IMG/VR virus record: IMGVR_UViG_3300021431_002946
Span: 64,001-128,000 of that record
Reading direction: 5' to 3' (one strand)
DNA: 64,000 nucleotides
DNA from: a virus
Lineage: Duplodnaviria; Heunggongvirae; Uroviricota; Caudoviricetes
This document shows positions 1 through 10,898 of the stretch, piece by piece (the first letter of the stretch is position 1; each line of letters begins with the position of its first letter). The translations under genes were made by a program, and so were the position numbers. The notes below the pieces were generated by a model. That model was not told the origin of the DNA, did not search any database, and worked only from the letters and a program-made list of their open reading frames with translations.

Positions 1-84
1 TCACCAACAGGAAAATCATGTATATATATTGCTAATGCAAATTATATAGACTTTGTAAAAGATAAGATAATTGCAGATAAAGAA

Positions 85-672
85 TTGTATGATGAATACA
101 TTGAAGATGAAGAATTTGATAATGCTGGAATTATAACTAAAAAGACAATGGTACTTGATGAAATTTATAAAATGTTAGACATAGAATTTACACCTGAAGA
201 TTTATATGAAAAGAATGAAAAATATATAAATTTTTTAGATTATCTTGATAAAATAGAAGCTGAAGAAAAAGGTACAGAATATGTTAATCATACATATGAT
301 GCGTTAAGAAATATTAATTTAATTGATCCTGTAGATTTTTTACATAGAGCTAGAAAAGAATATAATGAAGCATCTAGCGCATTAAATGATGAATTAATTG
401 ATAGATTAAGTGAAGATTATAAGTGGTTTTCAAGCACATATCAATTTTTCCCAATAGATATTCATGATTTTCGCGAATTAGAAACGTCAATTCGTACTAA
501 TTGTGAAGCAATTTTTGAAATAGATAATAAAACTGAAATCGCTTGTATGAGAAAAGATGGTCGATGGGATCTTTTTATACTTACTGATGAATTTTTTAAT
601 GATGTTATTACTAATAAAATTAAATTAGATAAATATGTTTTAATTAGTAAATATTGGAAACGCACTAAATAA
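85..672 (+). CDS. hypothetical protein (true start probably upstream of the window)
   Basis: Acidic ORF; the frame is open to the window edge. Confidence 0.6.
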   Translation: MYDEYIEDEEFDNAGIITKKTMVLDEIYKMLDIEFTPEDLYEKNEKYINFLDYLDKIEAEEKGTEYVNHTYDALRNINLIDPVDFLHRARKEYNEASSALNDELIDRLSEDYKWFSSTYQFFPIDIHDFRELETSIRTNCEAIFEIDNKTEIACMRKDGRWDLFILTDEFFNDVITNKIKLDKYVLISKYWKRTK

Positions 673-695
673 TTTTTAAGGAAAAATGAAATATT

Positions 696-726
696 AATGC
701 CTTAACAATATGTTGAGGCATTTTTT
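696..726 (+). terminator. intrinsic terminator-like hairpin
   Basis: AATGCCTTAACA-ata-TGTTGAGGCATT followed by a T run. Confidence 0.7.
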
Positions 727-746
727 ATATAAAAAGGAGGAAAATT

Positions 747-1091
747 ATGTTAGATAGACTATTTGAAAAACCAGTTGAAAAACTTCAAGAATTCTTAAAA
801 TGGATATTCTTATTTATAACAGGTTCAGAATTTATGTTAATATGTATTGTTTATGGAAGTAAAATTAATGCACAACTTTCATATTATCATGATATTGAAG
901 TAATAGGACAATCTATAATAATTGGTCTTATTGCAATGATTCTTACATTTACAATAAATTATGCAATTTGTTTATTTATGTATATGGTAATTAGTTATTT
1001 TCAGGATATTCATGAGATTAAAAATTCATTAGTTGATAAAAAGAAGATTCAATTAAATAAACCTGAAACACAAGAAAAGGATGGTCAATAA
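747..1091 (+). CDS. membrane protein, hypothetical
   Basis: AGGAGG RBS; two hydrophobic segments. Confidence 0.7.
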   Translation: MLDRLFEKPVEKLQEFLKWIFLFITGSEFMLICIVYGSKINAQLSYYHDIEVIGQSIIIGLIAMILTFTINYAICLFMYMVISYFQDIHEIKNSLVDKKKIQLNKPETQEKDGQ

Positions 1092-1503
1092 TATGAAAAA
1101 AAGATTAATTGGACCGTTTGATCCATTTAGAAATGAAGTTGATGTTTATGGGCCTCCACCAGATGATACTTTATATACACAAAATAAACTTTCTGATGAA
1201 GACGTTAAAAATAATATAAAAGAGCGTACACAGATGTTAGTTAATGAAGCAAAAGCTGATAAAAAAGATAAACTTGAAATTTTAATTTTTAGTATAGCAT
1301 TTTTACCATTTTGGGTATTTTTAGCTTATGCAGCATCAATATTAACCTTTGAAGGTAGTTTTTTGCCTATAATTATTGTTTCTGTGTTATCAATAACGTA
1401 TCTCATTTTATCAATTGTACATTTTATTGATTCAGTTAATCGATTAAAATGTTATGAAGCTAAATTAGATTTTATAAATAAACGAGAGGAAATTAAAAAA
1501 TGA
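1081..1503 (+). CDS. membrane protein, hypothetical
   Basis: Two TM-like segments; overlaps neighbouring genes. Confidence 0.7.
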   Translation: MVNNMKKRLIGPFDPFRNEVDVYGPPPDDTLYTQNKLSDEDVKNNIKERTQMLVNEAKADKKDKLEILIFSIAFLPFWVFLAYAASILTFEGSFLPIIIVSVLSITYLILSIVHFIDSVNRLKCYEAKLDFINKREEIKK

Positions 1504-1799
1504 GCAAAAATAGAATAACAGAAATTGAATATATTAATGATAAAGAAATTGAGTTTTCTTGTTATTGTACATTAATTGAATTTATATCTAATTTTTCAGA
1601 CTTTGATTATTTAATTCAATTACAAGATGTAATTAATAATCATAATGATATTTTTAAAGGCACAATTATGGAATTTTTTGCACTTAAAAATGTATTAAAT
1701 AAATATAAAGATTACAAAGTATATGGTGTAAAAATTTCAGATAAAAGTTTAATGTATATTAATATATTACCACAAAATTGTATAAAAAGAAAGGAATAA
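1500..1799 (+). CDS. hypothetical protein
   Basis: GAGG RBS; ATGA coupling to the upstream gene. Confidence 0.65.
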   Translation: MSKNRITEIEYINDKEIEFSCYCTLIEFISNFSDFDYLIQLQDVINNHNDIFKGTIMEFFALKNVLNKYKDYKVYGVKISDKSLMYINILPQNCIKRKE

Positions 1800-1802
1800 C
1801 AT

Positions 1803-2297
1803 ATGATTGCAGAATATCAAGGAAATATTTATTTTGCTTCAGATCATGATAATTATATAGCACTTGTGACGCATAATCCTTCAAAGTGTATTGGTTGGTA
1901 TGAAAGTGAGTATGATTATTTTTATAAATATATTCCTCTTGATGATCCAGAACTTAAGAATCTCTATGAGATTCATTTCTGGGTAAAATATCATGATTGT
2001 ATTGAAAAAGATGATATTTGGTGTGTAGATGAAGGTAGATATGTCGGCATTGTACCAAATATTGAAGAAGGTAAGGTTGTCATCGATGTTGGGCATGACA
2101 GTAAAGATGAAACATGGGAGCAGTATGATAAGTATGCAGCTTCAAAAATGATAAATCTTAGTGATTGTGAAGAGTTTATTATTGAGAAAAAATATATAAA
2201 GAAGAATGGATCTAAATCTATCGCTATAGAGAAATTTAATGTTAATCTTGAAACGTTTAAGAACACAATGATTACAAATCGGAGTGAGAATTTATGA
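1803..2297 (+). CDS. hypothetical protein
   Basis: AAGGA RBS, 164 aa. Confidence 0.7.
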   Translation: MIAEYQGNIYFASDHDNYIALVTHNPSKCIGWYESEYDYFYKYIPLDDPELKNLYEIHFWVKYHDCIEKDDIWCVDEGRYVGIVPNIEEGKVVIDVGHDSKDETWEQYDKYAASKMINLSDCEEFIIEKKYIKKNGSKSIAIEKFNVNLETFKNTMITNRSENL

Positions 2298-2316
2298 TTA
2301 AGAAAGGAAATTAAAA

Positions 2317-2805
2317 ATGATGGAAGATTATATTATTTTGTTAGATTTTAAAAACACATTTATTGCAGTTAGTGAAAATAGACAACATTGTTATGTAACT
2401 GCATTACAATATCTTACAAGTTGTCGTTTTACTATTTGTGGTTTAAAGAAAATTGCACGCGGAAATAGTCATGATGAAGATTGGCAAGATAAATATACAG
2501 TAATTAAAGACGGTGGATCATTTGCTGAATTTTTTAATAAAGAAAGTCAAAGAAAAGCTGTTTTATATAGTGATAAACCTATAATGGAATATATAGATAA
2601 TCTTTCTATTGATGAAATGGAAAAATGGAGTCAATATTTTGAAAACTTTAGTGGTGAAGCTGGTTGGAGATATATTTATGCAAGTAAAGATAATAAGGAC
2701 TATATATTTAAAACAGCATTTACATATATAATAATGCCAAATGGTAAAGCAACAAAAAATAATTTATATTATCTTAGAGTAATTGATACTAATTTATATA
2801 AATAG
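2317..2805 (+). CDS. hypothetical protein
   Basis: AAAGGA RBS, 162 aa. Confidence 0.7.
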   Translation: MMEDYIILLDFKNTFIAVSENRQHCYVTALQYLTSCRFTICGLKKIARGNSHDEDWQDKYTVIKDGGSFAEFFNKESQRKAVLYSDKPIMEYIDNLSIDEMEKWSQYFENFSGEAGWRYIYASKDNKDYIFKTAFTYIIMPNGKATKNNLYYLRVIDTNLYK

Positions 2806-2816
2806 GAGTATATAGT

Positions 2817-3392
2817 ATGACTCTAAATGAATTTTATATATTACAAACAAAATATAGTAATAATAAATTAGAATTAATAAACATATTAAATGAAATAGAT
2901 GAAACAGACTTTTTTGAATTTATAGCTGAGATATTAGAGACTTCATATGGACTTGCATTTAATACTATATATAATATTAATGATTTTGAATGGGCAGATA
3001 TAAGTTATGAACTAACTAATGCATTTTGTCATATTTTTTCTTATACTAATAATGGTTTTTATTGTACATTTTTATTAGGTGTAAATTGTATAGATCCATA
3101 TGAAATAATATTTACTGGTAATTTAGAACTAAAACTAGAATTTACTTTGAAAAATGATTGGTTAATCTATAATAATATTTTAATCTTAAATGATAGTTTT
3201 TCTGCAGAATCAGAAGATTTAACTATTTATAATAAAATTACTAATGAAATTGACACAGTTTGGTTATTTGATGAAGAAGTAAAAAATCATTTACATTTAA
3301 TTTTAGATCGAGTTGTGCACAATATTCAATCTGCATTAAATGCAGTAGACGAAAATGCACCAGAAAATTATGTAATAAAATCTAAGTTCTAA
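2817..3392 (+). CDS. hypothetical protein, paralog family A
   Basis: LNEIDETDFFE N-terminal motif and YVIKSKF C-terminus shared with 4768, 5472 and 54284. Confidence 0.7.
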   Translation: MTLNEFYILQTKYSNNKLELINILNEIDETDFFEFIAEILETSYGLAFNTIYNINDFEWADISYELTNAFCHIFSYTNNGFYCTFLLGVNCIDPYEIIFTGNLELKLEFTLKNDWLIYNNILILNDSFSAESEDLTIYNKITNEIDTVWLFDEEVKNHLHLILDRVVHNIQSALNAVDENAPENYVIKSKF

Positions 3393-3503
3393 TAATAATT
3401 ATTTATTATTTAATTATATATTATTATAATAATAATTGTGTTCTCTAGTTCTATCTATATATATCAAATAAGTATGACAAATCTAGTAAAGGAGTGTATA
3501 TAT

Positions 3504-3824
3504 ATGAAAATATATTGTGGATCTATGTATAAAGATTCTGGTTTATTTTCAATTTATTGTGCAGATTGTACAGAAAAAGACGGAAAATATTGGATAAATA
3601 GACCAGAAAATGATTTTAGGTTTGAGTTTGCAGAAAGTATATCTAAAAGTCAAATTGATAAATTATTTAATCCATATGACAGTTATGAGGATTATTTAGT
3701 TATTTATAGTTTTGATAAGGATAGACTTTATGATTATTTAAATGCGCATAGAATAAGATTAATCGCAGACACAAAACAAAAACTTGAAAATTTAGAAAAA
3801 CCAATAAATATTATAGGAGAATAA
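3504..3824 (+). CDS. hypothetical protein, paralog of 53941
   Basis: AAGGAG RBS before MKIYCG; similar to MKIYGG...LEKP at 53941. Confidence 0.65.
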   Translation: MKIYCGSMYKDSGLFSIYCADCTEKDGKYWINRPENDFRFEFAESISKSQIDKLFNPYDSYEDYLVIYSFDKDRLYDYLNAHRIRLIADTKQKLENLEKPINIIGE

Positions 3825-3826
3825 AA

Positions 3827-4201
3827 ATGAAGCCATTAGAAGTTAATAAAACATATAATGCAAATAAATGGAAAAGTCGCAGTAAAAAAGATCATAATAA
3901 ATATGTTTTTTCATATGAAATAGATGTATGCTGGGATCAAAATGAAGAACTTGATCTAAATGAAGCATGGAAAAGTAAAAATGAAAAGAAATTTTTATAT
4001 GCATATAATAAACGTATAAAAGAATATGGAGAAACTGCAGTAAAAGTTATTGAATGGGATATGGTTGCAGGTTGGCCTTGTATTGAAATACATACAGATT
4101 TTATGACAATTGAAGATTTTTTAGATTCATATGAATATGAAATGGAAGACTTTGTAGAATTTGAGCGTGTTAAAATTATTAAAGTACAAGAAGTAGAATA
4201 A
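3827..4201 (+). CDS. hypothetical protein
   Basis: AGGAG RBS. Confidence 0.7.
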   Translation: MKPLEVNKTYNANKWKSRSKKDHNKYVFSYEIDVCWDQNEELDLNEAWKSKNEKKFLYAYNKRIKEYGETAVKVIEWDMVAGWPCIEIHTDFMTIEDFLDSYEYEMEDFVEFERVKIIKVQEVE

Positions 4202-4218
4202 AAATATTTGAAAGAAAT

Positions 4219-4689
4219 TTGATAAAGGAGTACAATATGCCAGTTGATTATAAAGTTATAATTTATGTAGATTATAAAGCACTTGAAACAGTTCCAAAAG
4301 AAAATCGAGATTATCCTGATTATATAAAATTAAATAAAGAAGATAATCTTAAATTACTTAAAATAGTTAGTAATGAAATAAAAAAATTATTAGATACTAA
4401 TAAAGATAAGTATAATTTTGAAGAATATTCTGAGTTTTCTCATAGTGTAGGTAGTTCAGGTATTGCAGATGCTTTTGTTAATGGCGCGTATCAAGCAGTT
4501 GATATTGATGATCCATCTTTTGTATCATTCGAGATAAAAATAAAAGATTATACATATATGAATAAATTGAAAAAAGATATAATAAAATTATTGCCCAAAA
4601 TTGAAAAATTAGATAAAAATTTATGCTTTTATTCAGAATCTTATGATCCTGACAATTATGAAGGTTCTATTTATGTTCATGAAATTTAA
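4219..4689 (+). CDS. hypothetical protein
   Basis: ORF; the likely start is MPVD after AAGGAG. Confidence 0.65.
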   Translation: MIKEYNMPVDYKVIIYVDYKALETVPKENRDYPDYIKLNKEDNLKLLKIVSNEIKKLLDTNKDKYNFEEYSEFSHSVGSSGIADAFVNGAYQAVDIDDPSFVSFEIKIKDYTYMNKLKKDIIKLLPKIEKLDKNLCFYSESYDPDNYEGSIYVHEI

Positions 4690-4767
4690 TAAAGTCACGT
4701 AAAATAATATGTCTCAAAATTTAAATATAAAAAATTTTTATTAATTACAACTTTAAAGGAGACAAAT

Positions 4768-5307
4768 ATGCATTTAGTCGAGTTAGAATCATTTTGGAGT
4801 ATTGCAAGAGAGACTGATTATATACACCAAAATGTTCTTTTAAATGAATTAAATATGATGCCTGAAGATAGTTTTTTACAATTAGCAATTGATATGATAG
4901 ATTATGAAAAACTTGATGGAAAATTAAGTCATAATATATTAAATTTAGGTTTTAGAAAGATTGAATTAGATAAATATGTTGAGCCAGATATATTATTTTA
5001 TAAATTATCTGATCCAAACTCATATTATTTTTCAATAAAAGATAATGATATTATTTGCTCATTTATATTAGCAATTAAATGCTATACCTCAGGACGCATA
5101 ATTTTATTTACTGGTTATATTGAACTTGAATATAGTGTTAATAAAAGGAAATTTATAAGTATGTCAGATGATTTATATAATATAAACGTTTCTACTTATA
5201 ATTTTAGAGAAAATATGCAAATTATAGTGTATACTATATTAAATACTGTTAAAAATAAATTAAACGTAGAATATAAAGGTGATTATAATGTAAAATCTAA
5301 TATTTAG
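4768..5307 (+). CDS. hypothetical protein, paralog family A
   Basis: LLNELNMMPEDSF motif; ends YNVKSNI. Confidence 0.7.
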   Translation: MHLVELESFWSIARETDYIHQNVLLNELNMMPEDSFLQLAIDMIDYEKLDGKLSHNILNLGFRKIELDKYVEPDILFYKLSDPNSYYFSIKDNDIICSFILAIKCYTSGRIILFTGYIELEYSVNKRKFISMSDDLYNINVSTYNFRENMQIIVYTILNTVKNKLNVEYKGDYNVKSNI

Positions 5308-5309
5308 GA

Positions 5310-5460
5310 GACATTTAATAAAAATAAACAGTGTATAACAGTTTCTTCAATACACGAAGATATAAAGCCTAAAATTCAAGAACTTGTAGAATTTTTAATA
5401 TCAAATATAATATTTAAAGATTTTGGCATACAATCTTATACTATGCAGTCAAAATTTTAA
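5310..5460 (+). pseudogene. 5'-truncated remnant of a family A paralog
   Basis: Start-less frame KQCITVSS...IQELVEFLI...SYTMQSKF* matching the family A C-terminus. Confidence 0.55.
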
Positions 5461-5471
5461 TGAGGTAAAAT

Positions 5472-6018
5472 ATGACGTGTTATGAAATATATAAAAATAT
5501 TATTTTAATAAAAAATGAAAAAGATAAAATAAATTTATTAAATGAATTGAATATAATGGATTCTGAAGATTTTAAAGAATTTGTTGCGTCTATACTTGTA
5601 CCAAAGTCAAAAAGAGATATAAGTAATATATTTTATAAAACATATAAAATAGTAGATGATAAAAATTGTTTTGCTAAATCTATATATGTAAATTTTATAT
5701 CTCCAGTACTATATTATTTTACTGAAAAAGACGATGTATTTATGTGTGAATTTGGTATAAATGTTGAATTTTTTCTTGCTGGGTATACAATACGTTATAT
5801 GTAAAGGTTGTCTTAACTTTCATTTTAATATATATCCGAATAGTCTTATATTATGCTCAGACGATCTTTATTTAAAGGTTAGTACAACCTCAGATGTAGA
5901 TTTAATAGAAGTAAAGGAACAAGTACAAATTATTATAGAAACTGCTATAAATAATATGTTTGATATGTTTACTATTGATTGTAGTAATACAAAATATGTT
6001 TTAAATTCAAATTTTTAA
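5472..6018 (+). pseudogene. family A paralog split by a frameshift (ORFs 5472-5804 and 5761-6018)
   Basis: Removing one base near GGG at 5781-5783 gives ...EFFLAGIQYVICKGC...SDDLY...YVLNSNF, collinear with 4768. Confidence 0.6.
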
Positions 6019-6087
6019 AAGACTATTTAATAATAATAGCGGAAGTGAAATAATACCTAAGTTTATATGACTTAGGTATATTTTTTA
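6017..6087 (+). promoter_or_regulatory. CTATTTAA motif + hairpin module
   Basis: AAAAGACTATTTAATAATAATAG, then TACCTAAG/CTTAGGTA stem and T run. Confidence 0.6.
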
Positions 6088-6104
6088 TAAAAAGGAGATA
6101 AATT

Positions 6105-6926
6105 ATGATTGAAATTTGGACAGATAAAGATCAATATTTTACTGGTGAAGCTAGTATTAATTATGGAGACGCTTTTGTTAATGGTGATGTTTGTACTATA
6201 AAATCAATTGAAATAAATGATATTGAAATTCAACTTGAAAATAATGAACCTTATTTATATGGTACAGGTATTGCAATTTGTTATAGTATTACGTCTATGT
6301 TTACTCAATCTAAATTTGAAATTAAATTTAAATCTAAAAAACCGATTAATATAACTTATAAAGAATTAGAAGATAAAACTAAAATATATTTTAAAGATAT
6401 AAAAATACTTTCAGCTACTTTCCTTGAATTTTATAATGATGAATCAGATTTTGATTGGAAAGTAGAAGATTTAAGAGAAATCCATGAAAGTTATGTTAAT
6501 AATTGGATCCGTGGAAATGAAGATCATAGTAAATTTTTTGATAATGTTTATCCAAATACTATAAAAGAAATTAAAAATATTTTAATTAGTGAATTACTTG
6601 AGTATATAGATATTACTAAAGAGGTACACGACATAGATAATATATCTACAGCAGATTTTCCTCATATAATAAATCCTTATCTTAAAGAATATGTTCCAGA
6701 AATGTTAGATTGGGACTGGGATGATTATTGTAATTATTATGGTGATTCAGTTATAAGTGCACTTATAAAAGATGGTGAATCTAATGAAGATAATCAAAAT
6801 TTTGGAATTGTAGCATTTAATACAGATATTGATGAAATATTTATAGATATTACTTGGACAGAACATGAATTTGAAGATTTATCAGATCCAATTATATTAT
6901 ATAAGAACCCAAATAAAGGAGAATAA
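6105..6926 (+). CDS. hypothetical protein, paralog of 52250
   Basis: MIEIWT / ENNEPYL / IILYKNP versus MLEVWT / ENKEPFL / IVLYKKP. Confidence 0.7.
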   Translation: MIEIWTDKDQYFTGEASINYGDAFVNGDVCTIKSIEINDIEIQLENNEPYLYGTGIAICYSITSMFTQSKFEIKFKSKKPINITYKELEDKTKIYFKDIKILSATFLEFYNDESDFDWKVEDLREIHESYVNNWIRGNEDHSKFFDNVYPNTIKEIKNILISELLEYIDITKEVHDIDNISTADFPHIINPYLKEYVPEMLDWDWDDYCNYYGDSVISALIKDGESNEDNQNFGIVAFNTDIDEIFIDITWTEHEFEDLSDPIILYKNPNKGE

Positions 6927-6927
6927 T

Positions 6928-9381
6928 ATGACAAAAGACGAATTAATTAATTTAGCAAAAACATCAACAGATATAGAACAATTACTTACATTATCTTTTG
7001 GAGATATAGATATTAGACTTGCAATATTACAAAATCCACATTGTACTAATGATCTTTTATTAAGTATTATTGATAATATGACAGATGACGAAATAACAAA
7101 CAATATAGATTTTCTGACATCATTTAGATATACTACTATTCCAAAGAAAATTATAAATAATCCAAATTGTCCAACATCTTTATTATTACAAGATTTTATA
7201 TCTTATTCTGGAAGTACAGAGTATCATCCATTTTGGGAAAAATATGTATGGAATAAGAGTTCGGAAAGAAAAAATCTTAAGTTATCTGATAAAGATATAG
7301 ATAATTTTTTAAATAGTGGTAGACATTTAAATATTGCTAGCTTCATAGCAGAAATAGATAATAAATTAACTTTATCTCAAAGAATTAAGATAATTGATTT
7401 TATGTATTTAAATAGTAAGGATAATTATGAAAAGCTTGTAAAAGACTTATTTTATTATAACCATTCCTATGATCAAAAGGCTATAGCATTACACATTAAA
7501 GAACATTTAGGTCTTGATTATTATACGACTAAGTATTTAATAGAAAATAAATTAATATCTTCAGAAGATTTAGAAAAATATATAGATACTTTACCAGTAT
7601 ATCATAAAAAGTATGTAGATGCTATATATTTTTTAACAAAAATAAAAAATATTCCAGTAAAGATAGTTAAAAAGGTACTTTTAAGTGGTGAAAAATTAGA
7701 ACAAAGGACTATAGTTGATATTATAGAAAATGATGATCAATATATTGCAGATCTTTTAAGTGATAATAAAATTGTAAGTTTATTAGAAGAGAAAAATTTA
7801 TTTGAATTAATCTCAAAATATTATGATGCATTAGGCGTTGACATCATTAGTAATGTTATAAATAATATTAATGATGATAATACTATTGAAAAATATTTAG
7901 ATATGTTAAAAAGAAAGAAATGGGATAAATTTGCTAATATTGTATTAAATGTATTTAGTTATTCAGTAAATAACAATAAATATTGTTGCATTTATAATTA
8001 TGCACAAGAGTATTTTTATTTATGGCAATTTGATAAAGATACTTTAATAAAAATATTCAAATTATTTAGTAAAGATTTATATTTTCATACTTTAGAGAAG
8101 TATTATTTTAATTATGATATATTATCTATAATATTAAAAGATTCTGAACATGTAAATGTTTTAAATAAATTTAGTTGGTATGATAAAGATGCTCGTGCTA
8201 AATTTACTAATAAAGTATCTGCAGACGAAATAATAAAATTAATTCCTATATGTGTAGATAAAAAATTTGTAAGTAATCTTTTGCAAATGTTAAATGATAT
8301 AGGCTCAGATAAATTTGTAGATACATTTGTAGACTATATTACTTCTCATGAATTAAATGATTTTAAGATTAGTAATTTAGAAAATGATTATACATTAACT
8401 GATGAACAGATTAAAAAATTACAAAATTCTGCAGTATCAACTGAATTATGTAAGAAAGTAATATTAGGTGCTGCAAATAATACACAAGTACAAGTTAATT
8501 CTATTAAAAAATCTATAAAAGATACAGATTGGCGTGAATTAGTAGAAATATTAAAAAGTCCATCTTGTCCTACTGAAACAACAGAAGATGTATTAAATTA
8601 CTATAAATCTAATTGTAAACATGATAGAGATAAAATTAATACTAATGTGCTTGAAGCAATTTTTAATAATCCAATAAATTCTGATAAAATAGTAGAAACT
8701 GCATTTAAATTATATATTTATTATTATGGTTCATACAGCTGTGATAGATATAGTACAGTTATTTTAAATCATTCTAGATTTAATCAAGAAATGTATATAA
8801 ATTTAACTAAATATTTAATTAAAAATAAATTAGGTAGTTTCTTACTTCCTTTTATAAGACATAAATATTGTACAAAAGATTTATATGTTGCTGCAGTTTG
8901 CACAAATTCATTTAATCTTTATGATACTGGTTTTGATAGATTTGATTTTAAATTTACTGAAGAAGATTTAGAAGCTATGACTAAAGCAAATAAAGATGCT
9001 ATAGGTATTGCAATAAGATCAAAAAATTGTCCTAAATCAATTTTAATTAAAGCAATAAAAGAATATAAAAATATGGCAGCTGTAAATCATGTAAATATGG
9101 ATTCAAAAACTTTAGATAAAATTGTTAGTATTTGTGATCCAACTTATTATTCTACTTTAATATGTGATAAATTATCAGTAAAATCAATATTAACTATTAT
9201 AAAAAATGGTAAAGATTTTACTAATTATGAAATTTCTGAAATAGTAAATATATTAAAACAAAAAGATTTTGAACCAGATGAAGTACAAGAACTTTTAAAT
9301 ATGGACACTGATTTATCTAAAAAAATAATATTGGCTCTTCCAAATATAAATCAGTCATATTTATCTAATTTATTTGAATAA
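6928..9381 (+). CDS. large alpha-helical repeat (LRV/HEAT-like) protein
   Basis: AAAGGAG RBS before MTKDEL; recurring NPHC/NPNCP/SPSCP/SKNCP motifs. Confidence 0.6.
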   Translation: MTKDELINLAKTSTDIEQLLTLSFGDIDIRLAILQNPHCTNDLLLSIIDNMTDDEITNNIDFLTSFRYTTIPKKIINNPNCPTSLLLQDFISYSGSTEYHPFWEKYVWNKSSERKNLKLSDKDIDNFLNSGRHLNIASFIAEIDNKLTLSQRIKIIDFMYLNSKDNYEKLVKDLFYYNHSYDQKAIALHIKEHLGLDYYTTKYLIENKLISSEDLEKYIDTLPVYHKKYVDAIYFLTKIKNIPVKIVKKVLLSGEKLEQRTIVDIIENDDQYIADLLSDNKIVSLLEEKNLFELISKYYDALGVDIISNVINNINDDNTIEKYLDMLKRKKWDKFANIVLNVFSYSVNNNKYCCIYNYAQEYFYLWQFDKDTLIKIFKLFSKDLYFHTLEKYYFNYDILSIILKDSEHVNVLNKFSWYDKDARAKFTNKVSADEIIKLIPICVDKKFVSNLLQMLNDIGSDKFVDTFVDYITSHELNDFKISNLENDYTLTDEQIKKLQNSAVSTELCKKVILGAANNTQVQVNSIKKSIKDTDWRELVEILKSPSCPTETTEDVLNYYKSNCKHDRDKINTNVLEAIFNNPINSDKIVETAFKLYIYYYGSYSCDRYSTVILNHSRFNQEMYINLTKYLIKNKLGSFLLPFIRHKYCTKDLYVAAVCTNSFNLYDTGFDRFDFKFTEEDLEAMTKANKDAIGIAIRSKNCPKSILIKAIKEYKNMAAVNHVNMDSKTLDKIVSICDPTYYSTLICDKLSVKSILTIIKNGKDFTNYEISEIVNILKQKDFEPDEVQELLNMDTDLSKKIILALPNINQSYLSNLFE

Positions 9382-9394
9382 GAGGTAACTAATT

Positions 9395-10861
9395 ATGATA
9401 AATATACATGAATTTGTTGATAGAAAAGCACAAGATCATATTTTTAGTAATTATATATATGATAATTTAAACTTTAAACATAAATGTTATTTAAAAGATA
9501 TAGAAGTAATTATTGAATATTACACAGTATCTAAATCTAATTATACATTTTATTTTGAAATAAAAAATTATCCTAATTTAGGATGCTTTCGTTTTTATAT
9601 AGATGAAAATAATAATGTTAAGACAGATAGTTATGATGAAAATGTAATTAATCTTTTAGATAATAAAGAAGTATGTAATATTTTATTAAAAATATATCAT
9701 GAAGAATTTTTACCAGAATTAGAAAGATGTATAAAAGAATTTGATAGTATTAAAAAATATGAAATTATTACAAATGAAAATGGAACATTTTTAAAATATA
9801 GTAAAAAATATAAAATTCTTGAAGATGCACAACCTGTTAAAATTGAACCAGGTTTTACATTAAATTTAAATGATGATAGTTATGTAAAAGCAGCATCTCC
9901 ATATATTTCTAAAAATATAAAAGTTATTAATTCTAAAATTAATAAAATAGTTGGAGTTCCTACTAGTGAAGTTATTATTGAAAATAGTACTATTGATGTA
10001 CTTAATTTAAAAGAAACAGAGTCTGCAACTATAACAAATTGTAAAACAGGATCTATTACAATAAAAGGACAAAATATTAATATTTCAAATTTAAATAATA
10101 ATAGTAGATTTAGTTATCTATTTTTTAAAAGTGTAGATTTCAGTACACAAACAGATTTAGAACCTATTGCCAAAGATATATATAATGCAGCTACAGGAAT
10201 ATATTTACAATATGGAGATACAAATTATTATGTAGATGAAACTAATATTTTTAAATATATTGATAAAGGTATAGATGTTGAACCAAGAATTAATGTTAAA
10301 AATATTAAAGAAATTAATAAATTATTAGATTATTATTTTGTAGCGAAAACATTTAAGCATAATAATGTTATGAACAAAATTATTGAATCTATTAGAGAAC
10401 GTTTAGGAGAAGAAACTAGTCCAACTAAAATTCAAGCGTTTTTAGATAAAATTTTATATCCAAAATGTATAGATAAGTTATCAGAATTATTTGATAAATA
10501 TATTAAAGTTCAAATTAAGAAATTAGAAGAAATATTGATTAAAGATCTTAAATCTTCTTATTCTGTTCAACAATTAGATAGTTTTCCATCTTCAAGTTCT
10601 ATATTAGATAAAATTTATTCAACATTTAATGTAAAAACTGATAATGAAAAACATAAATTCTTACTTGATAATTTCTTTGATGAAAATAAAGATCTTAAAG
10701 AAAGTATTGAGTATGATAGCTCAAGATCATATACTGATTATTGGGTAAGTTATCAAGGCGCTTCTATGGAAACAGAAAAGACAGATTTTTATTTTAATGT
10801 ACTTAATACATCTATTACAGTTACAGCATCAGGTCGTACACAAGGTTGGTGGAATGATTAA
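9395..10861 (+). CDS. hypothetical protein
   Basis: GAGG RBS, 488 aa. Confidence 0.75.
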   Translation: MINIHEFVDRKAQDHIFSNYIYDNLNFKHKCYLKDIEVIIEYYTVSKSNYTFYFEIKNYPNLGCFRFYIDENNNVKTDSYDENVINLLDNKEVCNILLKIYHEEFLPELERCIKEFDSIKKYEIITNENGTFLKYSKKYKILEDAQPVKIEPGFTLNLNDDSYVKAASPYISKNIKVINSKINKIVGVPTSEVIIENSTIDVLNLKETESATITNCKTGSITIKGQNINISNLNNNSRFSYLFFKSVDFSTQTDLEPIAKDIYNAATGIYLQYGDTNYYVDETNIFKYIDKGIDVEPRINVKNIKEINKLLDYYFVAKTFKHNNVMNKIIESIRERLGEETSPTKIQAFLDKILYPKCIDKLSELFDKYIKVQIKKLEEILIKDLKSSYSVQQLDSFPSSSSILDKIYSTFNVKTDNEKHKFLLDNFFDENKDLKESIEYDSSRSYTDYWVSYQGASMETEKTDFYFNVLNTSITVTASGRTQGWWND

Positions 10862-10866
10862 AAAAT

Positions 10867-10898
10867 AAAAGGTATATCTTTATGATATACCTTTTTTT
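10867..10898. terminator. bidirectional terminator
   Basis: AAAAGGTATATC-tttat-GATATACCTTTT between convergent genes. Confidence 0.75.
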
